Below the pieces are notes generated by a model. The model worked only from the letters and a program-made list of their open reading frames with translations, had not been told where the DNA came from and made no database searches. A stretch of 64,000 bases of DNA, taken from the NCBI GenBank assembly GCA_040757835.1, contig JBFLWJ010000010.1, positions 1-64,000 of the forward strand, read 5' to 3'. Source of the stretch: Actinomycetota bacterium (GTDB lineage: Bacteria > Actinomycetota > Geothermincolia > Geothermincolales > RBG-13-55-18). The position numbers and the translations under genes are program-made. Each line of letters opens with the position of its first letter. Within the stretch, counting starts at the first letter, position 1. Positions 58,531-64,000 of this stretch are shown here, in pieces.

Positions 58531-59346
58531 TCACCACCTCCCCGCCGCCGCGGGTACGCCCTCGCGCGACACCAGTGACAGCGCTCCCCGCGGGCAGTCG
58601 GAGCGGCAGAGCCCGCAGCCGAAACAGTCCGCGGCGTGTACGTGTATTCTGCCCGCTTCGGGGTCGTAGTGAAGGGCATGGAAACTGCAGCGGGTCAGGC
58701 ATACGGGGTTCTCGCAGAAACGGCACAGCTCGTCGTCCACCGCGCACAGCTCGTGCCCCTTGAAGATGGCCGCCTCGATGTTGTTGGCCCAACGCTGCTT
58801 GAGCGAGGTGCAGTACCGCGCATCGCAGTTGCATATGCAGATAGGGAAGGGGACCTTGGCGTAGAGAACCTGGTGGAAATGGCCGCGCTCGTCACTGCGC
58901 AGCACGGTCTCCCGGGCCTCGTCAAGGGTCAGCTCCTCCATGGGCCCGTCGGGCAGGAAGCGCCTCTGCAGTCCCTTGATGGGCCCGAAGTTAAGGCACA
59001 CCATGTCGTCGCGGTTGCCCACCAGCTTACGGCACTCACAGGGGAGGAGCACGAAGTCCCGGGCGTACTCCAGGAGTCGCAGGGAGTCCTCGAGGGAGAC
59101 CACCTGGCCGCCGTGCTCGTTGGGGGCCACGCGGTTGATCGCCGCCTTCACCGCCTTGCCGATGACCGGGAGGTTCGCGAGCTGGGTCATGCGTGAGGTG
59201 AAATCGATATAATACTCGATGCCCCATCCCGCCACTTTCTCCAGGGTCTTTACGCGCTGGGGGTCTTTCATCATCTCGTCGGAGAAGTTGTCGGGGTTCA
59301 GATACCAGCGGTTGCCCTGGCCGTGTTTACTGCAGAATTCGCACAT
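58531..59346 (-). CDS. Cys-rich Fe-S protein, divergent paralog 3 (CECR...ICICNCDARYC plus ferredoxin-like C-terminus)
   Basis: Same motif spacing as paralogs 1 and 2. N-terminus MCEFCSKHG; ATG at 59346 after a GGAGGCG RBS. Confidence 0.65.
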   Translation of the reverse strand: MCEFCSKHGQGNRWYLNPDNFSDEMMKDPQRVKTLEKVAGWGIEYYIDFTSRMTQLANLPVIGKAVKAAINRVAPNEHGGQVVSLEDSLRLLEYARDFVLLPCECRKLVGNRDDMVCLNFGPIKGLQRRFLPDGPMEELTLDEARETVLRSDERGHFHQVLYAKVPFPICICNCDARYCTSLKQRWANNIEAAIFKGHELCAVDDELCRFCENPVCLTRCSFHALHYDPEAGRIHVHAADCFGCGLCRSDCPRGALSLVSREGVPAAAGRW

Positions 59347-59390
59347 GAAAACGCCTCCAAACACTGAAGATGTATGCCGAGGGCTTTTAA

Positions 59391-59430
59391 ATTATAACAC
59401 ACCCACCTGGGCTCATATGCGCCGAAAGCA
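59391..59430 (-). promoter_or_regulatory. Candidate promoter with an extended -10 (TGTGTTATAAT) for the Fe-S/ferredoxin operon
   Basis: TGnTATAAT on the minus strand, about 45 nt upstream of the ATG. Confidence 0.35.
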
Positions 59431-59579
59431 GGTGTCCCGGAGAAGGGATGAAGCGAAAGATCGGCTGTTCCGGGGGAAGCGACATCAAGACCTGATGCCA
59501 GGTCCGCGGGGTCGCCCGATGCTTACCGGGCGGGGCGAACGGCGGTGGTCTGATACGGGGCTGTGTCCCGGCCGCTCGC

Positions 59580-60176
59580 TTACTCCGCCCTATCGTGACC
59601 ATAGAGAGCCAGGATGATCACCTTGAGCGAATCGAACACCGCGTCGATGTCGATTTCCTTGTCGAAGAGGGACTGCAGGGCCAGGCCGTCGAATGTGGCC
59701 CTGAGGATCCTGCCGATGTGCTCGACCGGCACCGGTAACCTGGTCTTATCGCTTATCGCCGCGCGAAGGTGTTTGTCCATAGTGGCGCTCAGCCTCTCCA
59801 TGATCAACTGCATCTCGCGGGCAGAACCCTCGTCGGCCAGGCCCTTCGCGACCAGACCGAATAACCGGCGATGGAAGTCATCGTCTTTGAGGAAGGCTTC
59901 CCTGACCGCGTCGAGGGTCCGTTCTATCCTCATGAGCTCATCATGTGTGCTCGCGAAAGCGGCGTCGAAGCGCTCGATCTGTTCGTCGACCGCAGAACGG
60001 ATCACCGCATTGACGAGGTCTTCCTTGGCCTTGAAATAATAATAGATCGTGCCTTGGGTTACGGAGGCCTGCTCGGCGACTGCCTTGATGGTCAAGGCCT
60101 CGGGTCCCCGGTGCTGCAAGACGGTCTTGGCCGCTTCGACTATTTGATCCCGACTGATGTTCCTGACCCTTGCCAA
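59580..60176 (-). CDS. TetR family transcriptional regulator
   Basis: HTH region (ALTIKAVAEQASVTQGTIYYYFKAK). TTG start with GGAAGGAAGG RBS. Confidence 0.8.
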   Translation of the reverse strand: MARVRNISRDQIVEAAKTVLQHRGPEALTIKAVAEQASVTQGTIYYYFKAKEDLVNAVIRSAVDEQIERFDAAFASTHDELMRIERTLDAVREAFLKDDDFHRRLFGLVAKGLADEGSAREMQLIMERLSATMDKHLRAAISDKTRLPVPVEHIGRILRATFDGLALQSLFDKEIDIDAVFDSLKVIILALYGHDRAE

Positions 60177-60508
60177 TCCGGCCTTCCTTCCTGCCGGTGC
60201 TCGTCCTGGCGTCGGGGTGAACTGCGCCCGGCGAGCAACCGGGGCAGTTTCTTGATGTAAGGGATATGCAGCAGCAGATGGGTTGTTATCAGCGCCAGCA
60301 GGACGGCACAGGTGGCGATATGCAGGTGTATCCAGAGATGTAGCAGTCCTCCGGGACGGCTCGCCTGAGCCGCCGGTTCCGCTATGTCCCCAGTTCCATA
60401 ACTCCCGGAACGTGCTGTGCCGAGGAGGATACCGCTCACCGAGGCGATCAGCAGGATTGCGAACATAACGATGTTGACCACCGCGTTTAGTCGTGTCTTC
60501 CCGCGCAT
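60140..60508 (-). CDS. Small hypothetical membrane protein
   Basis: Two predicted TM helices; its 3' end overlaps the TetR start by about 37 nt in another frame. Confidence 0.35.
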   Translation of the reverse strand: MRGKTRLNAVVNIVMFAILLIASVSGILLGTARSGSYGTGDIAEPAAQASRPGGLLHLWIHLHIATCAVLLALITTHLLLHIPYIKKLPRLLAGRSSPRRQDEHRQEGRPDWQGSGTSVGIK

Positions 60509-60554
60509 CGCCGCCTCCGCTCCTCTGTGAGCGTATGTGCCACCAGCCTCATGT

Positions 60555-60576
60555 CAGTTAGTTATATAACTAACAG
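60555..60576. promoter_or_regulatory. 22-bp palindrome CAGTTAGTTAT|ATAACTAACAG, candidate TetR operator
   Basis: One mismatch, no spacer, in the region divergent to the CCG-domain gene. Confidence 0.4.
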
Positions 60577-60757
60577 GATTTTGTTGTCAACCTCTTCGCA
60601 GGCCCGGGTGCCCGCAAGTAGCGATCATCCGCTCGATGACGGTCTCTCGTGCATGCACCCTTCCTGCAATCGCGTTATCACAATTGGTATGATAAGGACT
60701 ACCTTAAAGGTAAGAAGGCCAACCGCTTGCTGGCCAAGTAAAGCTGAGGAGGGAGCG

Positions 60758-61750
60758 ATGTTCATCGAGGAGAAGTGCGACCTGTGCGGCGACTGCGTGC
60801 TGTTGTGCCCCTATGTCGATTACGGCCGCGAACAGTCCATCGCGCAGTTCCGGCGGCTCCTGGAAGGGGAGACCCCGGAGATCGTGGGCCAGTGTGTGAC
60901 CTGCGTGGCCTGCAACCAGTTCTGTGAAAAAGGGGCCAACCCCTTCGATCTCATCCTCACACGCCAGGAGGAGACGGGGGTCCTCAACATCCCCGAGCAG
61001 AACACGGAGGTCTTCCGCAATATGCCCAATGCCCCCAGCCAGGTGATCGCGGGCGACGCCGGCAACCCGGTACTCTCCCTGTGCAGCGTGGGCGATTTCC
61101 TGCCCGGCCTCTTCGATGGGCCCCTCTTCGAGGGTTTGACCGTGCTCAAGGGCGGCGATTACTTCTGCAACGTGGGATGGGTACATCTCGGTTACGAGAC
61201 ACCGGTGCGCGAGGGCGCCCAGCGGGTGGCGGACAACCTGGCCGCGACCGGCGCGCCCGAGATCGTCTTCTACCACGATGACTGTTACGCCCTGCTGGCC
61301 ACCATGGTCAAGGATTACGGCATCGAGGTGCCCTTCCGACCCGTGCACATCATCGAGTACCTCCTGGACTACGTTAAGGAGCATGCCGCCGAGGTGAGAC
61401 CGCTCGGCCTGCGTGTGGCCTACCAGCAGCCCTGCGCCTCGCGCTACACGCCCTGGAAGGACGAGCAGCTGGACGAGCTCTTCAGCCTCATCGGGGTGGA
61501 CAGAGTGGAGAGGGAATACGACCGCAGGTTCGCCCTCTGCTGCGGCTCGCCCATGATGCCCAGGGACCGCGACAAGGCCATGCAGATCAAGGAGCGCAAC
61601 GTCCGCGACGCTGTGGACCACGGCGCCCAGGCCATGGCCTATCTCTGCCCCCTGTGCGTTCTCAACCTGCGCAAGCCGGCCGCCGCGGCGGAGCTGGAGA
61701 ACTTCCACATCATCGAGCTGGTGAAGAAGGCTTTGGGCTACGAAACCTGA
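60758..61750 (+). CDS. HdrD/GlcF-like Fe-S oxidoreductase (2x[4Fe-4S] ferredoxin N-terminus plus CCG domain)
   Basis: CDLCGDCVLLCP and CVTCVACNQFC motifs, then the CCG-domain signature C...CCG...CPLC. GGAGGGAG RBS. Confidence 0.75.
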   Translation: MFIEEKCDLCGDCVLLCPYVDYGREQSIAQFRRLLEGETPEIVGQCVTCVACNQFCEKGANPFDLILTRQEETGVLNIPEQNTEVFRNMPNAPSQVIAGDAGNPVLSLCSVGDFLPGLFDGPLFEGLTVLKGGDYFCNVGWVHLGYETPVREGAQRVADNLAATGAPEIVFYHDDCYALLATMVKDYGIEVPFRPVHIIEYLLDYVKEHAAEVRPLGLRVAYQQPCASRYTPWKDEQLDELFSLIGVDRVEREYDRRFALCCGSPMMPRDRDKAMQIKERNVRDAVDHGAQAMAYLCPLCVLNLRKPAAAAELENFHIIELVKKALGYET

Positions 61751-61903
61751 TGGATCACCTGCGCTGAGCGCGGGAGGAGGCCGCGATGAAGGTGCTGGCG
61801 ATAACGGGATAAGCGGAAGGCCTACGAGATGGGGAGGTCGCTGGCCACGGCTATCGCGGAAAACCGGCTAGACTGAGAGGGTCCGGAACGTCGACCTCGT
61901 GCT

Positions 61904-62545
61904 CTATCCCAGCAGGGACTTGATGAGTCCCGGCACCCTGGCGGCGTTCTTCTCGTAACCGTGGGCGCCCATATCTTCGGCCACGGCCGCGGTCAGGGGC
62001 GCTCCCCCCACGATGATGACCGGCCTTGCTTCCAGCGCCAGCGCAAGCTCTACCGTGCGGCGCATGTTAGGCAGGGTGGTGGTCATCATGGTCGAAAGGG
62101 CGAGGACGCGTGCGCCGTTCTCGTTCAGCGCCGCAAGGAACCTCTCGGGGGCTACATCATGCCCCATGTCGATGACGCGGTGTCCCTCCGCTTCGAGCAT
62201 TACCGCCACCAGGTTCTTGCCGATCTCGTGCACGTCGCCTTCGACCACGCCCAGCACAACCGTCTCTCCACCCCCTGCATCCTCCGCCGACTTCAGCGAG
62301 GGGGTGACGGTCTGGATGCCGGCGTGCATGGCTTCGGAGGCGATGAGCAGCTCGGGTAGGAAGAACTCGTTGCTCTCGTAGAGCTCCCCGGCCTCGTGCA
62401 TGCCCCGGCAGAGCCCGTCGGTGACGATCTCGCGAGGTTCTATCCCGCCCGCCAGGCCTTTCTCGCAGAGCGACACCGTCTCGTCATCCGCGCCCCGCCT
62501 CACCGCCGCGGCTATGGCATCGAGTATCTCGTCCTTGTTGTCCAT
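61904..62545 (-). CDS. Corrinoid (B12-binding) protein (module C)
   Basis: DxHxxG motif (GDVHEIGKN) and a B12-binding domain. Confidence 0.85.
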   Translation of the reverse strand: MDNKDEILDAIAAAVRRGADDETVSLCEKGLAGGIEPREIVTDGLCRGMHEAGELYESNEFFLPELLIASEAMHAGIQTVTPSLKSAEDAGGGETVVLGVVEGDVHEIGKNLVAVMLEAEGHRVIDMGHDVAPERFLAALNENGARVLALSTMMTTTLPNMRRTVELALALEARPVIIVGGAPLTAAVAEDMGAHGYEKNAARVPGLIKSLLG

Positions 62546-62557
62546 CTTCCCTCACCC

Positions 62558-63706
62558 TCATTTGATCGGATACCGGCCGTGCACCGCGGCTGCCCGCGTT
62601 ATGGCCAGCGCGTTTATCAGGTCGGCATTGGGCGGGTATTCGCATACCGGCGCCAGCACGAAGCCGCCGCCCGGGGCCATGATGCGTATCTGCTCCCGGG
62701 CGATCTCCATGATGCGCCGGGGAGACTCCATGAGTATCGCATCAGTGCTTACGAAACCGGCGATAGCGGTCTTGCCGTGGTATTTTCGCTTCAATTCCGC
62801 CAGGTCATCGCAATCGTCCGGCACGTCGGCCAGCGACACGATCAACGGCTCCATGTACTCGAGCTGCAGGTCGAGATAGGGGCGGGTACCGCAGTTGTGC
62901 AGCGAGACCAGGGCTCCGTTGCGCCTTATCTCGTCGGCGATGCGTTTTACGTAAACTCCCTCCATCTCCACCCACAGCTCGCGGGAGATCCCCGATTGGG
63001 ACCCGAAGAGAGTATCCAGCATCACCGAATCCACGCCTGTGTCGCACTGAGCTCGGGCATAATCGACGAGCACCTCCGTGATGGTCTCGAGGGCAGCCTT
63101 CACCTTCTCCGGGTACTTGAGACAGTCCACGAAGAGCCTCTGGGCCCCCCGCATCATGGCCAGCACCCCCAGGGGCCCGAAGATGAATCCCATGACTGGG
63201 TAACGGATACCGGCCTTCTTCGAGAGTATCCTTCCCAGCTCGATACCCATGCCCATGCGCGGGGACTTGCGCGGGTCGAAGACCTCCAGGCGCTCGTAAT
63301 CGCCAGGCGTGGCGATGCGGGGATTGTCGTAGTTTGGATGCGCCGTGCTATAGGGAGGATACACTATCTCCTGCCCGAAGTCCCCCGCTTCCACCGAGAG
63401 GTCGATGACGGTGTAAAGGACATCTCCGCCCAGGATCTCGTTGGCGGCGATGTAGGCGTCCGCCGCCATCTCCGGGTCACGGGAGAGCTGTTCGTAAGAT
63501 ATACCGGTAAGCCTGCGCGCCGCGCCCAGCAGGAAGTGGGTGACCGGGATGCGGTCAGGCTCCCTGAAAAAGGCCGTACACAGCACGCGCTCCAGGGGGA
63601 GCAGCTCGCCGACCTTGCCGTGCAGACGGAAAAGACCCGATGCCGCCCGCATCATCTCCAGGGGCGGCCTTACAAGTCTCCCGCCGATGCGCGGGTAAAC
63701 CGACAT
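62558..63706 (-). CDS. Corrinoid-dependent methyltransferase, URO-D / MtaA family (module C)
   Basis: URO-D-like sequence. ATG at 63706 after a GGAGGAGAG RBS; the ORF track extends to 63802. Confidence 0.8.
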   Translation of the reverse strand: MSVYPRIGGRLVRPPLEMMRAASGLFRLHGKVGELLPLERVLCTAFFREPDRIPVTHFLLGAARRLTGISYEQLSRDPEMAADAYIAANEILGGDVLYTVIDLSVEAGDFGQEIVYPPYSTAHPNYDNPRIATPGDYERLEVFDPRKSPRMGMGIELGRILSKKAGIRYPVMGFIFGPLGVLAMMRGAQRLFVDCLKYPEKVKAALETITEVLVDYARAQCDTGVDSVMLDTLFGSQSGISRELWVEMEGVYVKRIADEIRRNGALVSLHNCGTRPYLDLQLEYMEPLIVSLADVPDDCDDLAELKRKYHGKTAIAGFVSTDAILMESPRRIMEIAREQIRIMAPGGGFVLAPVCEYPPNADLINALAITRAAAVHGRYPIK

Positions 63707-63864
63707 ACTCTCCTCCCCACCCTCGGTCAGCCCAAAGCCGCGCCGTAATGTTATCACCTGCCCGCATTTATTGGAAGACCGCACCCGGACCCGGAGCATC
63801 ATTCCCGTCCGGTTGATATGATGTAGGGGTATAGGTTCCGAAGGTCCATCCGAAAGGAGCTTCC

Positions 63865-64000
63865 ATGAAACCGGCTAAGTGCTCGGGCTGTGCGGCGCCG
63901 CTTTGCTACCTCAACGTCTTCGACCATGCGCCCGCCTTCTGCCCTTCGACCAGGTATGAGGAAGAGATAAAGGAAGCCAGCCGGGCGGTGATCAATGGAG
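63865..64000 (+). CDS. Partial ORF (5' end only): Cys-rich N-terminus, MKPAKCSGCAAPLCYLNVFDHAPAFCP...
   Basis: AAAGGAGC RBS; runs off the window end; divergent from methyltransferase module C. Confidence 0.35.
   Translation, partial: MKPAKCSGCAAPLCYLNVFDHAPAFCPSTRYEEEIKEASRAVING

Overview
The window is a high-GC (~65%) bacterial chromosomal segment, probably from an anaerobic Gram-positive, Actinobacteria-like organism. That guess rests on RBS-dependent starts, frequent GTG/TTG starts, lipoprotein signals, a histone-H1-like AKKP tail and many oxygen-sensitive enzyme families. No integrase, transposase, phage gene or CRISPR array was found.

Gene content, in window order:
- a flotillin-like SPFH gene, a TetR regulator and secreted hydrolases;
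- a MacB-type ABC transporter with two lipoproteins;
- an SDR epimerase, then two subunits of a 2-hydroxyacyl-CoA dehydratase/BcrBC-family enzyme lying divergent to a rubredoxin and flavodiiron-protein pair;
- a tRNA-Ala(CGC);
- a three-gene signalling operon (multi-GAF/PAS histidine kinase, REC-GGDEF with a non-canonical GGDDF motif, REC-LytTR);
- ychF, meaB, a DUF192/VOC fusion, then fdhD and mobA;
- three separate pairs of a URO-D/MtaA-family methyltransferase with a B12-binding corrinoid protein (one pair follows a penicillin-amidase-family Ntn hydrolase gene and is probably co-transcribed with it);
- three paralogs of an uncharacterised Cys-rich Fe-S protein family (I-C-N-C-C-G-C-x-C motif followed by a 2x[4Fe-4S] ferredoxin domain);
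- an HdrD/GlcF-like CCG-domain protein;
- a MoxR(RavA-like) AAA+ ATPase paired with a VWA (ViaA-like) protein, flanked by a CocE/NonD hydrolase and a GIDE-like membrane protein;
- a large minus-strand catabolic cluster: AMP-forming acyl-CoA synthetase, acyl-CoA dehydrogenase, 3-hydroxyacyl-CoA dehydrogenase, two SCP-x-type thiolases with two DUF35 OB-fold proteins, tungsten-type aldehyde:ferredoxin oxidoreductase, Fe-alcohol dehydrogenase, two SCP2 carrier proteins and a ferredoxin.

Non-coding signals:
- a family of GGGTCAG...CTTGTTTGTT palindromic intergenic repeat elements (at least four copies);
- a perfect 30-bp inverted repeat with a third direct copy near 34.0 kb;
- a direct-repeat pair of TATAAT-loop hairpins at 53.5 kb;
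- three palindromic operator-like sites next to the three TetR genes.
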